Assembly (NCBI RefSeq): GCF_009914755.1
Contig: NC_060935.1
DNA: 64,000 bases
Strand: one strand, 5' to 3'
From: the human T2T-CHM13v2.0 reference genome, Homo sapiens
Shown: in pieces, positions 43,310-57,959 of the stretch
How the letters are laid out: every line of letters begins with the position of its first letter
How positions within the stretch are numbered: the first letter of the stretch is position 1
The notes under the pieces: generated by a model
What the model was told of the DNA's origin: nothing
The model's database searches: none
What the model saw: only the letters and a program-made list of their open reading frames with translations
Translations under genes and position numbers: made by a program

Positions 43310-44779
43310 GATAGTCAGTTTACCACTACTACCACTTTGTCCACTAGCCAATGAGCTTACTATGCAGCAAGTTTTGAGTTACCTTACACAATAGGAAAAA
43401 TGCTATATAAAACATGTTCTCTCATTATCACTATTTGGTAATTCATAATACTGAGTTTCAGAAAGGTTAAATAAATTATCTGAGTTTATACAACTCAAAA
43501 GTGGTTAAGCTGGGATTCTGACTTCAGAGATGCTGCATAATAACATCTCAGTATCATTCAATTGTCAGCAGATCCTTTAACTATGAGTCTCACCAGAACA
43601 TAACCAAGTTCAGTACTTTGGTTGCTTGCTTTTCAAAATTTAAAGTGAATTCTGGCTATAATGACCAAGGCATTAGTAATCTTAACGTGCCCAACAGCTC
43701 CCCACAGATTTCACTTTGTAAGACATAGAGAGTTTTATGATATGAAATGTACTTTATATGTTCTCAGCCCTCTCATGAATATATTCATTTTCTCTGGGGC
43801 ACAGTTTCTGTGCATCTTAAACAGAGAAATGTAAAAGAAATTTTATTTCTGTGAGTAATTTTTCAGTGTGAAATAATGACATAAAAAATCAAAGTTAGCC
43901 CTTTTAAAAGGAGAGAAAGAAACTTACTGCTTCCTTTAGAGAATAGTGGGAGTTTTCTGACTTTCCTAATTCATCTCCTGAATGTCTGATGTGCACTTCC
44001 ACTGTAGAGAGAAAGCTGCTTTTGGCTTTCACCCTCAGAAATGAGCTGGAATCTCTTCTGCCTATTTGAAGCTCTTTTCTGGACTCTTATCACGGTTAAA
44101 AATGGGGATGAAGCTGATTGGGTTTTTTATGTGTGCTGAGTGTTGGCTGATGCCCACAAAAGTTAAATCACACTGGAGATGTGTCTGGCATGGCAAGCAC
44201 ATTCTCTTAAGATGCCAGGGAGATGGAGGATAGGGTGAGGGTGGTGCCCCAGTAATTGCCAGATATGTTTGGGGCCAGAGTCACTTTGAAACTGATGAAG
44301 ATGTCACACTGACAGTCTCAATATGTGACAGCTCAATACTGTAACAGACATATGGCTGCAAAATAGGAAAGGCAATTGCTTTAACCTGCGAACTCTGACT
44401 CTGTTGCTCTTTCCCCCAATACTTCATCAAGTTATTTATATGTGGGAGGCTTCAGAAAGTTTGTGGACCATCTTACTTCATTTCTTTTCACTCTATCCTG
44501 ACACATGATAGGTTGCCTGAGTATTATGTTAAGCTATACTAACATAGCATTGGCAAAGTAGAATTAAAAAAAAATGTTGCTTGGAATAGCGCTCTGCAAA
44601 TATTATCTGAGATCCAAAGTAGTTTAATTAGTATAGAAGCATTTGATCATATTTTTCTTCTATTGTTTACAAATCATGCATGTAAGGCATATTTGTGCCA
44701 CTATATTTATTTGAGCTTTAGAAGCTCTGTAATGGTCTTATTGGCAGATATTATTATAATTGCTAGTATAATTATTATA

Positions 44780-45000
44780 ATTCATAACTTGTACTTAAAA
44801 CTATCAATGAAACATCCTTACCAAATATTTCCTAAATGTTATGACATTCACTTGAAGCAGATATTATTAACATCATTTTATCACAGGGAAAACTGAAGTT
44901 CAGAGAGGCTAAGTGACTTGGCCAAGGTTATGTGGTTTAGTAGGTAGCAGTACCAGATCTATACTTCAGAACTACTGATTTGAATTACTTTCCTGTTCCT
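44780..45000 (-). mobile_element. MIR
   Basis: cattttatcacagggaaaactgaagttcagagaggctaagtgacttggccaagg. Confidence 0.8.
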
Positions 45001-46194
45001 ATCACCTTATGCCCCTCAAAAAATATTTGTTAATCGGATTGTGTTAAACAAAAATACAGCCGTGTATTGAAGGCTGAATTCAAAATTAGGTATTTGTTTT
45101 GAAAAAGCTGGCCCAGACTCAAAAATAAATATTTTGTATCATCTTTGGGACTGGAGACATATCCTTGAATTGACCTAAAGAACACCTCAAAAAGCTCACA
45201 CGCAGAAAGATTTAGAGAACAGGATGGTAATTTGCGGAACTCAATCAAAGCTTCTGAAAAGTTGCTGGGGTCAAGAAGGAAGTAGATTGATGATGTAGTT
45301 CCCTGACACTGTCCATGCAAGCATGCTTCTCTTTCAATTGGCTTTTGCATATCTGTATTTTGGAGATACCAGAATTAACTCAAGCCGTGTAGAATGAAGA
45401 TGAAAGGAATTCAAAAATGAAACAAGGAAGTGGGGACATAGATGAGAAGACACTCTGCATTTTAAATGTAGCTTTAAATACTGTACAGAGAAATTAAAAC
45501 ACTTATGTAATCTTAGGGAACGCTCACAAAACCTCACAGAGAAGTGGCATGGAGGGCTTCCCATTACTGGACTCAGGCATCACAAAGTCAGGTATTTCAT
45601 CTTATTTATCTTTGAATCCAGTGACCAAGACGGTATGTGGCACTTAGTGAGTATGTGCTTGCTGGTTTTTCTCTACTGTGGGCAGTGGCTCTGGAGGGTC
45701 TGAGCAATGAAGATACTTTAGCAATAAAAACCTTCAGGGAAACATCAAATAAACAAGCTCATCAAAGGTAACAAATGTTATGCAGCAGATAAAAGCACAG
45801 ACTTTAGAATGGGAATTTGTTTTAATCCAAACTCAGCTCCTTCTTCCCTAATTAAAATGTAATCCCTTTATCTTTGCCAAGGCTACTTTGGGTTTTTTTC
45901 TTAACCATTTTATGTCCTTTTTCCTCTTCTTACATCCTTTATTTTTCTAAGTTTTACTAACATTTATTATTTAATAAGTGGTAGTATAAATATGTGGATA
46001 GACAAATGAATACTGGATCAGGGAGGGTCCATAGAACACTATCAAGTTCAAAGAGAGAAGTCATCTTTGTTCACAGAATGTGAAGAAATAGAAATATATA
46101 TGTGTATACACTCACAGACACACACATGCACACACAAATACCTGACATGGGCTTTGCAATAACAGGCCTTGATTTAAATCTTAGCTCAGCCAAG

Positions 46195-46203
46195 TTTTCT
46201 TTT

Positions 46204-46294
<91 letters not shown>

Positions 46295-46585
46295 TTTTTT
46301 TTTTGACAGAGTCTCACTCTATCGCCCAGGTTGGAGTACAGTGGTGCAATCTAGGCTCACTGCAACCTCCTCCTCCTAGGTTCAAGTGATTCTCCTGCCT
46401 CAGCCCCCCTAGTAGCTGGGATTACAGGTGCCCACCACCACGCCTGGCTAATTTTTGTATTTTTAGTAGAGACAGGGTTTCACCATATTGGCCAGGCTGG
46501 TCTCGAACTCCTGACCTCAGGTGATCCCATCCACCTTGGCCTCCCAAAGTGCTGGGATTACAGAGGTAAGCCACCGTGCTGAGTC
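46195..46585 (-). mobile_element. AluSx with an expanded (TTTC)n tail, inserted in a MIR
   Basis: ctgacctcaggtgat diagnostic; tail 46195-46304; the MIR core resumes at ~46600. Confidence 0.95.
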
Positions 46586-47483
46586 CCAGGTTATATTTCT
46601 AAGCTCCAGTTACCTCAGCTACAAAATGGGAATGAGAATATGTAACAGAAATAGGCCAATAATGTACATTATTTTAGGGAAATGGAGTTATAGACAAATT
46701 TTATTTTTTATATTTATACTTCTACAGTGTTTGATTTGTATTTTATGTGAGTATTTTGTAGGCAAAAAATCAATGAAGTTATAAAAATGAAATACATATA
46801 TGTGAAAATGAATTCCTGAATTTAAAACTTGTAGACTAAATAAAATGGGTACAAAGTTTGATAAATAATGACACTTGTAAATGTACATTCTTCTCTTAAT
46901 TAAGTATAAAATAGTGGGCAGGGTATATTGACAGGTTGTAGTCACACTTGGAAGATGTATTTCTCACAATTAGCTTCCAGGGTTGTTTTTGTTTGTATTT
47001 AAGGACCAATGGAAGTATTAGTGTGAGATTAAATATTTCAGCATAAAAGACTGACTAATAAAGGATGGAAAACTGTTGGAAAACAGTATAAACTAAGTGG
47101 TTCTTTCAATAATGATTCCTAATTCTTAGGCTCCAAACTAAAGATCACAAATTGGTGTTTATGCTAGTATGCTTAAAGAAGCTTCGCTTTCCACAGTTAA
47201 AGATACTGTAACCTCATTTATATATATATACACATATATGTGGTATATATGTCAAATAATCTTTAAGTTTGTTACAGATGAAAGGAAGTTGGTTTTAGGG
47301 TTTACGGATTTCATTAAATAAATGTTGTTTCCTCAAATGATCTATGAAAAACTACCAGAATCAAATATTTGAATATTACTAGAAAGCGTCACACGTGCAG
47401 TAAAATGCTACTTTTTGGTAAGTCTGACAACTAAGATGTTCGTACTAACATTTAGACATAATTTACTTTAAAAATAAATGCTT

Positions 47484-47810
47484 GGCTGGGGACCGTGTCT
47501 CACACCTGTAATCCTAGTACTTTGGAAGTTCAAGGCAGGAAGATCCCTTGAGCCCGGGAGTTAGAGATCAGCTTGGGAAATATAGTGCGGCCTATTTCTT
47601 CAAAAAATAAGAAAATAAAAAAAAAAAATTAGCCAGACATAGTGGTGCATGCCTGTAGTCTCAGCTACTTTGGAAGCTGAGGCAGGTGGCGGGGGGTGTT
47701 GTTTGAGTCCAGGGATTTGAAATTACAATAAGCTATGATAGCGCCATTGTTCTCCTGACTGGGCAACAGAGCAAGACACTGTCTGTGAAAAAAGAAAAAA
47801 GGAAAAAGGA
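47484..47810 (+). mobile_element. AluJ
   Basis: cccttgagcccgggagttagagatcagcttgggaaatatagtg; diverged dimer. Confidence 0.9.
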
Positions 47811-48487
47811 AATGGCTTATTTTTACATATTTGGCTAGCAAAAACTTAGATTCTCTTTATTAATATTTATCTGATCTCACTTTAGGAAATTTAAAAAAAA
47901 AAACAGGGTCCATGGCTAATTACAAAATATGTTTACTCTTTGACTTACAGACTTTTCCTCATAGTCTAAGGCAGTCTTACAAAAAGATTCCCAACACTCC
48001 TATACCTCCAGGCAAAATAACAAAGCAAATCAAGCTGCAATAACTTTAACAGCCAGGTAATATTTACCAGCCCTTTCTTATGCTAGTTTCACCCAGGTCA
48101 TCCATCATAGAATTCTCAACCTCGACCTCCAGTACCCCAAGTGGGTGTGTGTTACTGAAATGAATTTAAATCTCAATTATAATTAAGCTAGTTGTCTACA
48201 GGAAGATTTTTCTAAAGCTTTTCCAGATACATCCCAAGGTCCTGGCCTATAGACCTCATTAAATTTCTCAGCCACTCTAGAGATCCTCAGGCTTTGGAGA
48301 GCTAGATGATGCTCATTGTTGAAGCCACGCTAAAGGAGCTCACCTTCAAACAGGACAGAAAGAACATACACACAGACACATAGACAGTAGTATGTTTACA
48401 AAACTACAAGACATGTCTACCAAAATGCAGTGACAACTCAAGGAGCTCATAATCAGTAGGGGAAAATCAGAAGAAAAAGCTATATAA

Positions 48488-48834
<347 letters not shown>

Positions 48835-50049
48835 AGAAGAGCCTAAATTTTATAGGCAGAAATAGGGAAAAAAACAATTCAAGAAGAAGGAACAACATAA
48901 GTAAAAAGAAGTTGCATAAAAAGGAGGGCACGATCTCATGCCCAGTGTGCTCTGACCCAGATAAGCAGCAAAACACGAGCCTCTCGGACATTGGGACAAC
49001 TAAGGTCTAAGGCGGGCCTGCCCCAGGTGAAGTGCAAGGAGCCACCTTGGACACTTCCTGCTCATCTAGGTTGTGTGAATGAAGCCAAGGAGGTTTTCTC
49101 CCACTGGACATCTATCTCAGCGGCCAGTTTCCAACACATCTCTACCCATTGTGGAAACGGAGTACATGGAGCAATTGAAGACAACTGCATGTCAGAAGTC
49201 TAAGTCACTCAGCCTAAGGAGTATGGTTTATGGGTAAGGGAGATCCAAGTGAGAGAACTAAACCTCTTTTTCAGGAAGAGCAAGTAAAAGTGGAGCTGGG
49301 AAAACTACCCTATCTTAGGGTAAATATAAGCACAAAGACATTGGTAATGGTATCTCAGAAAGTAAAGGAAAACCAACTAAAGCCCCATACCATAAGAAAG
49401 GCTCAAAATGATATACAACAAGTGGGCTCAGGATAGAGAAATGGCACTAGGATTTAACTGTCAATGTTCTCATAAATATCCCAAATGCCTCCAGATGGGC
49501 AGGTCACCATCTAGCATACCAGGCTTTCTTGAAGAGGTGGCTACAGTATACAACATGTAACATATAGTATATAACATGTAACCACAGCATCTTCAACTAG
49601 GCAGTGGAAATAAGATCTCATGGCTGGCCACATGAGATCCTTCCTAACTCACTCAAAGATTCATTTTCTTCATGAAAATGTCCACAGTCATTTCTGGGAA
49701 TCTCAGTCCCATCTCACATTGCTTAGGAAATGTTCACTCACTCTGTCTTCTTTGGCAAGGTGCTATGCTACCATCTCCCTTGGCAGTGAGCACCCTGAGA
49801 ATGCCGGTCTGAGGCACAGTCATCTTCCTCTGATGGCCCTTCAAGATCTTCAGTTGACAACATTGCACTGGCATCTGTGGTAGGAGGATCATTCCCCCCT
49901 TAACCCTGCAACTGATTTTAGCATCTGGGCCCCCAGAGCAGCAAGGCTTATCTCCCAGGTTAATTAGTCTTCCAGGCACTCAGATTCTTTAGTTTCTCTT
50001 CTAACTCTAGGAACATTTTAAAAGTGCCTTTTGGCAAAACCAAGTTTTA

Positions 50050-51250
50050 TACCATCTTCTTCATTTCTACTGATGCTTTCTTCTCTCTTGGGCAACTCTA
50101 CCACACATCTGCCTCTTCTAATATTTTAAGCTAATTAAAAAAAAATTACCCCCTCCTTTGTATGTGAAATAATTTGCCTACAGGCTTCAACGTCCACCAA
50201 TTCTATGGCAGGCAATCTCTAAATTTCAGTCTGGACACGATAAGATCAAGTGACTAAGTATAGAATTAAAACAGTATAGAATTAAAACTAAGTATAGAAA
50301 TAAACAATATTTATAGAGTGCTTTCATATAGATTACCTTGTTCAAACTTTTAATTATCCTTTGAAGTAGATATTATTTATTTTTGCATCTCCTTCATCTT
50401 AAACTTACTACAGTTAACAACCACCTCCTTATCTTTCACTCCAAATCTCTCATTCCTTAGAGCTCTCTACCTCAGTAAATGAAATTTCAAAGCTTCCATT
50501 TATCAGACCAAACATGTTGGAGTTCTTCTTAATCTCTTTCTTACATCCTGTCTTTAATCATCTCACACATTAAATCTACTCAAAATATATATAGAATCCA
50601 ACCAGTTCTTACCACTTTCACATCTACCACCATGGTCCAAGAAATTATCATCTTCCACATGGATTAGAGCAATAGTCTGCTAATTGTTCTCCCTTCCACT
50701 CTCATCTCCCTTCAGTCTATACACATCACAGAAGCCAGGGAGATCTAGCACCTTATTCCAGTTCTTCCCACCTCCAGGACTTCACTCCTTAATTCTAGGA
50801 CTGGCTAATCTATAGTACCTTGTGTTCCTCAAATGCACAAATCATGCTCCCACATCAGGGCCTCCCCACTTGTTTCCTCTACTGGAAAGGTTTTCTCCCA
50901 TATGTTTGCATGCCTCAGCTTCTCACCTTCCTAGCTTTCTCAGCTTCATAATGATTCCTTCCCTGACTGTCATTTAAAATTGCAATGCACTCCCATGCAA
51001 GCACTACCTGTTCCTTACCTACTTTATATTTTTCTGTAGAACTTGTCCCCCATTCAACATAACATATTTACTTAAAATTATTTTGTTTTACTTTTTTGCT
51101 TATTGACTATCTCTGTCCACTAAAATATGGGTATGTGAGGGTTGATATTTATATTTGTGTTGTTCTCTGCTATATCTCCAAAGCCAAGAATAGTGTTTGA
51201 CTCATGGGGAGTGCTCAATAAACATTTGTGGAATTACTGAATTAATCAAC
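50050..51250 (+). mobile_element. L2 3' region (fragmented, with a small MIR piece)
   Basis: ctacctcagtaaatg; cacatcagggcct; ends gtgctcaataaacatttgtggaattactgaa. Confidence 0.75.
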
Positions 51251-51289
51251 ACATGCTAAGCAATGCATGTGTCTGGAGAATTACTGACT

Positions 51290-51480
51290 TCTGTTCCATT
51301 TCTTCCTCTGTAATTCATTGGCTCTTAACCTTGTGCGTAAGTCTCTCTTAGTCATAATCTTATTTGCCTCATCTATAAAATAGAAATAATTGTAAGGATG
51401 TTAACTAAAATGATAAATGTGACAATGCCTCGGACATAGTATACATGAAGCAGATGGTGATTGCTATTGCTATTATTAAA
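51290..51480 (+). mobile_element. MIR
   Basis: cctcatctataaaatagaaataattgtaaggat. Confidence 0.65.
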
Positions 51481-52174
51481 ATATTTTTAATAACCTGTGG
51501 GATGCCATTTTCAATCTTAATTAAATGGAGGAAGTTCTACTTTTTTCCACAAAGAATGAAGGCACATGAATTAATTAAAATATATAAAATAATACATGTG
51601 TCAACATCCAGCTCAGGGTCTAATCCATAGAAGGTCCATAATGAATGGTTTTTTCAATTGGTCGAGTTTTTTTTTTTTTTTTTAATTATTTGATGCACTA
51701 CATTTCTTGACTTCAAAAGTAGTTTAGCATCATGAGGAATTGGAAGGATTTTGTAAATTATAAGACTTAATATACGATGTTGCTAAAAGAGTTCCTTGCC
51801 TAGGGGTTCCCTATTCAATTTTTGAGCATGCAGTGGCCAAGAATATGGATTCTTCAAGGCAGGCTTAACAGCTCCGAGGCTCCGAAGTTGGTGGCCCTTT
51901 GTTAAAGAGATTTCTTTTTCAACTTCAGGAAAATCCTCAAGGCCTTCCCTGGTTTTTATTTCCTATCGAAAGTATGAAAATTCCTAGGGAGGAATTCTTA
52001 CAAGTTTTCATCTTGCAGATATCTTACCCCCAAAAAGTAACACTTTGTTAAGGTTGTTGAAAAAAAAAAAAACTCTCTAGTTTCCATCAAAATCAATTCA
52101 GCTAATTAGCAAATATAATATCATGTGGTATAATTTTCTTTTGCCAAATCAAATGAAGGCAAGTCAGACTTTTA

Positions 52175-52391
52175 CCAGTAGAATACTGAAGCCCCCTTGC
52201 ACTGGCCTGCACCAGCCTGTAAGAGAATATTCTACACTTCTCTTCCCAACTCAGACTTCAGTGACATCACATTGGTGGGTGAAATGGCTATAGGGGCAGT
52301 AGTCACACCACAGAAACATGCAAATATTACACATACTACAAATTAGAGCCAGAATTGTTCTCACAGAGCTGATTTTTCAGTACACCATTGG
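52175..52391. mobile_element. MER63A-like hAT DNA element
   Basis: ccagt...cagtacaccattgg termini; gacttcagtgacatcacattggt; cacaccacagaaa. Confidence 0.65.
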
Positions 52392-53628
52392 TTCTACCTT
52401 GTTATTTTCAAGTATATGAAATAAACACCCATTCGCTCGACAATTTGTTATTGCTGCGCCTTCTTTGTGCAAGGCATTCAATTTAGGAGTCACTCTCTGT
52501 AATAGATGCATGCCATTTGGTTGAATAGAAGTTTGTCTCAAATTGTTTTACTGCCTTAAAATTTCTGCTTTGTGGTGTGGTTTCTTGAACAGTAAATGTG
52601 TCCTGTGAAACATTTTGCTTTACTGCAGCGATATTTCCCTGTATTTGCAACATGAATATGGAGTTAAAGATGTAAAATCTAAGAAATCAAGCATAATGAA
52701 TTCCCGTGATTTTTCAGCATATTTGTCACCGGATAAGAAAAAGTTGAGGGGAAAGTGATGCACGGCCATTGTTATGATTGTTTCACCTAGTGGATTAAGC
52801 AGGATTGGAGCCTTCACATAGACTGATTTTTTTTTTTCAAAAGGTTCTTCAGCTCCACCTGGAAACTTCTGAAATTATGTTTGATAAGTTGGAATATATC
52901 AAGGAGATGCAATCACTCTGATTATATATTCTCAGTTGGCTACCTATCACTTCTCAGACCTTAACTAGGTCATGTGAAGGTAGCTTAGAAAAACTGGGTA
53001 AATCGTGTATCACACAGTCAGAAAAACTGTGAAATCACATTCAGGATGATGGCAATAAATAGTGGCTGCCACTCTTTTACACGTATTTTTAATACTTTTA
53101 ATATTTTATTAGCTTTTATATTTCTAGCTTAGCTTTGAAAATAAAATAAATATTGTGTTAAGATATTTCTCATGGGCTTTTTATCTTTGAACTAACTTAT
53201 ACAAGTCCTTTTATTTCTATCCTATTTTGTCTTACTGCGCTGAGGGAAGAAATATTCTGAAATACAAATTTTTAGATTTGTCTTTTCTCATGAACTATTG
53301 CCTTTATCATGTTAGGTCCTTTTTAAAGAGGTGCAATATTTTTTTCTTCAAGGGGTGAAGCTTTTCAAATACCTAGAGAAACAAATATAAACTATACGTT
53401 TTCTATATATTTTTTTTTAAAAAGGATGAAACAAACCCATAATATTTTAAATAGGTTATAACAATAGGAATCTCTCCTCCTAACCAAAAAATTGTTTTTT
53501 ATTTCTAAGTTTCTAATAATAAACTTATTTTGTTTCATAATACCAATATATATTTTTAAATGATATTTTGATTCTGAATAGAATACAATTAGATTCAAAA
53601 ATACATTGTAAGAATACATGGCAAATTT

Positions 53629-53927
53629 GGCCAGGCGCCATGGCTCACGCCTGTAATCCCAGCACTTTGGAAGGCCAAGGTGGGCGGATCACGAGGTCAG
53701 GAGATCGAGAGACTATCTTGGATAACACGGTGAAAACCCCTCTCTACTAAAAATACAAAAAATCAGCCGGGCGTGGTGGCGGGCGCCTGTAGTCCCAGCT
53801 ACTCCGGAGGCTGAGGCAGGAGAATGGCGTGAACCTGGGAGGCGGAGCTTGCAGTGAGCCTAGATTGCGCCACTGCACTCCAGCCCGCGCTACAGAGCGA
53901 GAGTCCATCTCAAAAAAAAAAAAAAAA
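53629..53927 (+). mobile_element. AluY
   Basis: ggcgtgaacctgggaggcggagcttgcagtgagcc; polyA. Confidence 0.97.
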
Positions 53928-55804
53928 GTAAATTTAAAAAAACCTAATAAACTTGTGCATCTCCAAGCCCACATAATAGGATAGTCTTCAGTTAATATAG
54001 ACTATTGTTTATATTGAGTACTATATAGCACTCTGAATATTTCCATTTGTGGCAACTACAAAGTTTAAGGCAGATAAAATTACTTCCACAATATTCCAAA
54101 TGTTGGGCGTTTTAAGTTTAGAGTTCTAAGCCTAATTTTCTATATAGGGAACCTATCAAAGTGAATTTCTATAAAATGAAGTGTACAAGAATAAATATAT
54201 TTGACCTATTTTAATGTGCCATTCTTATTCTCCACTGAAAATTGCTTGTAAATATAAATTTAAGTGTAAAGTAAAAATCATCCTTCTTCAAACCCCACTC
54301 TTTCTATTTATTTTATAGCTCTAGGCACTCATGAAAAGCTTTTCACTCAAAGAGCAAGCCAACGGAATAAAAATCAGAATTTTACTATTATTATTAATCT
54401 TGTGAATATTCACTATTAGGAAGCCCCCTAAGAATACATTGCCTTATCAAATATACAAAGTCAAAGTTGATGCGAAGAGTTTATAATGTAGGTCAGAAAG
54501 AGGTCTTTTTTTCTTTGCCTGTTATGAGCAGAGACCTCTCCTGCTTTCTCAGCAATCCCCTTGCCTTGCATTAAACATGGCTTACTTTTGCTTCATCAGG
54601 GTTTGTAGCATCAGCATTATTGCTTGCTCTCCATCAGGGTTCTTGCTGGTTTGCCTCTGGCATCCCTGGTCCAAGAGTGAAGTGCTGGAGAGTTTGTTAA
54701 CTGTGACTCTGACTTTCCTGTCAAGGCGTTTTTATATTTGCGAATAGTTATTTCCTTAGGTACCTGGAAAGTCATTGTTTATGTGATTCCGCAGTTTCAT
54801 AGACTTTATCATAAATTGACAAAATTCAGAGCCCTTCCTTGGGTGATGTTTCAGGTTAAAATTAATGCTCATTTTCAAGGACAGCCATGTCAAATCTTGT
54901 CACCACAGGCTGCTTTTTTTTTTTTTTTAACTCATTGTAATCATTTTGTTTTTGCTTGTGTGTCATGGGTGGGTGGGATTGACATTTGACCCAAAGACTA
55001 CCAGTCTCTCTATATGGTCTAATATGAAGCTATTGCACTTGACAGTTGGGGCAAGAGAGTGTGTGATTTAAGGCATTTAATTTAAACTATATACAAGTAT
55101 ATGTGTAAAGAATGATGTTTGTCTTTCTTCTGCTGCTACAGTAATCACTTGAGTTCATTTGTAGAGATAAGATTTTACAGAAATAATTCGCTAACTTGAT
55201 AAAGAATAAAGAAATAGGAAATGTGACATATTGTATCTAGAAATGTTAAAGAATTCCTTTTCTGTAGAAGTTTTGGAAGACATAAAACAGATTACTTCCC
55301 ATCAGCTGAATGTGATCTCTCTCCCTCTGTTAACTCCCATAGCAAGCCATGTGTGATGACTAATGTACTACATTAGGCACTAGCAGCAGACAAAGATGAA
55401 CAAGACACTGCCTTGCTCTGAGAGATGAAATATAACTTTTACCTTGTATGTTATAGCTATGTTGATCTATTTTATCACTGTTAATGGCCCTGTATTATTT
55501 GATAATTATTTCTGTATCATACATATTTATGGTCCCCTCAGCACCTAGAACATTTAACACACAGATCAATTTGTTAAATGAATTCATTTAATAATTATTC
55601 TTTCATTCAACAATTATTTGCAAGCTCCGACTATCTAAGGCAATTATCTCTTTAAGATGGTTTTGCATGTATTCCTACTCTGACAGGAAATAAACTTAGT
55701 AGAGTTATTTTTTCTTTTTGTAAATTCATAGTTCCACCTTGATTATTATGTTAACATTTTAGACATCAAAAAAGAACCATCAAAATATCTACAAAAATGC
55801 TTCC

Positions 55805-57905
55805 AAGGGACTTCCACTTACAGAAGGATAAAATAGAACTTTTTTCCTTCCTATTTATCCCATTAAAGGCAACCACAAATCCCAGATATTATATTGGAAA
55901 AATGCTTAAGAGGATCTTGAAAAGTAGAGTGAAGAAGGAAGACCATACAAAAAGCTCTGAATCCAAGTAATGACATGGTGGTGAGTTCCTGGGTTTTTGT
56001 TTTGGCTCCATATTTCCCAGATTTGGAGCTGAAGAGATCAGAAACCCAGAAATGGCAATAGGTACATATATATACACACACACACAGAGAAAAAACATTT
56101 GACTCTTTCTGGCCAAAGGACAAGGATAGAGCAATTTAATAAGACAGAAAAATTTGAGGCAATTAACACTTTCATCCACCCATACATAAGAGAAAAATGT
56201 ATGGCCTTATCCTCACCTAGGCCATCAATGCCCTAATGAATAATCTACATTTCTACCTTCACCCGGCTATGACAAGGTCCCCCCAATTTCCATCAGGGTA
56301 GCGTCAAAGAAGATCACACAGAAGCCAGGACATTCATCCCTGCCAGGCAGTAACCAGGCCACCCTCCACCCTTTGTATCATCAGTGGAGATAACATAGGG
56401 ATCCTGAACTTCTACCCCTACCATCCCTATATGTTGGGATGGTGTCAAACTAGGCTTAGAGGAGAGTCAGGACTTTCACCACCACCCAGGAATAATGACA
56501 CCAATACCCAACCCCCCTGCCGTCCACCAGCACGGTGTCAGTGGTGAACAAGTTGGTAATAGTTACAAGTCATTCCTATTCCTCCCAGCCAGGGAGGTAT
56601 CAATGGAAGTCTAATGGGAGCTGGAAGTCCTGTCCATGCCAGTGGTAATAAAGAGCCCCTGCCCACTCATATATAAGCAAAGGACAGGTGAAAAAACATG
56701 AGCTTCTACCTCCAACTGCCATTAATTCTACTCCCACTTCCCCTACTAGAGCAATATTGGAGAAAGCCAACCAAAACAGAAGGTTTAAACAATATCCAGA
56801 ATCTCATAATATCATACTCAAAATGTCTAGGTTTCAACTGCAAACTACGTATTCTACCAACAATCAGGGAGATTTAAAATGAAATGGAAAAAAAACATTA
56901 GATGCTAATATCAAGGAGAGCAAATGGACACCCAGCAAATGCCATAGACAATAAAATAAAATTTGACTTCAGTTTCATACCTTATAAAAATTAATTCAAA
57001 ATGGATTATGCACTTATAACTAATAAATAAAACTATAAAACTTTTGGGAAAAAAATAAAGAAGATAAACTTTGGAGTCTAGAACTAGGCAAAGAGTTCTT
57101 AGACTGGAAACTAATAGCATGGCCGTAAAGCGCAAAACTGATAAATGGGACTTCATCAAAATTAAAATCTTTTGTTCTGTAAAAGGATTAAGAGGATGAG
57201 AGGACAAGGACAGGAATGTAAAAAGTTACAGTTACTCTGGAAAACTCTTCAGCAGTTAATTTTAAAAACTAATTATGCAACTACCATACAACCCAGCAAT
57301 TGTTTGTCTGGCCATTTTTTCCCTCAAAATAAAAACTTATATTTACAAAATGTCTGTACATGAATACCTATAGTGAATTTCTTTATAATAGCCCCAAACT
57401 AGAAGCAACCAAGACATCCTTCAACAGGTAAATAATTAAACAAACTGTGGTATATGCTTACCAAGAAATATTACTCAATAGAAAAAAATGAACTATTAAT
57501 GACCTGGATTAATCTTCAGAGAATTATACTGAGTGAAAACAGCCAATGCCCATAAGCCACATACTGTGTGATTACATTTAAATAACATTCTTGTAATGAC
57601 AAAGTTACGGAAATAGAGAACAGATTAGAAGTTGTCAGTGTTTAAGGGGGAAGTTAGAGATAGGAACGAAGTGGATGTGGCTATGAAAAGGGCAACAGGA
57701 GGGTCCCTTGTGGTGATAGAAATGACGTGTATTTTGACCGTAGTAATATCAATACTCTGGTTATAGTATTGTACTATGTAGTTTTGCAAGATATTGTCAT
57801 TGGGTATAAAGGGGGAACAGGCACTCGGGATCTCTGTGTTTTTTTTTTTTACAACTACATGTGAATGTACAATTATTTAAAAACTAAAAAGTTGAATTAA
57901 AAATT
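55805..57905 (+). mobile_element. Old L1 (L1MD-like): 5'UTR joined directly to the ORF2 3' end and 3'UTR
   Basis: GC-richer repetitive 5'UTR at 55805-~56900; aaaattaattcaaaatggatt ORF2 segment at ~56990; L1MD-type 3'UTR gttttgcaagatattgtcattgg...acaactacatgtgaatgtacaattatt. Confidence 0.75.
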
Positions 57906-57959
57906 CAGTCATCAGCAATATGACATCTACATATTTGTATCTCTACTGCACGGCAATCA

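Noticed and set aside
43169-43394. Poly-Leu/poly-Phe ORFs
   Set aside because: Translation of the CTT microsatellite.
50253-50302. Short tandem units of AGTATAGAATTAAAAC
   Set aside because: Three-copy slippage repeat with no spacers; not CRISPR-like.
52629-52758. Possible plus-strand terminal coding exon after TTTGCTTTACTGCAG (DISLYLQHEYGVK...LRGK*)
   Set aside because: Only ~42 codons, no recognised homology and no partner exons.
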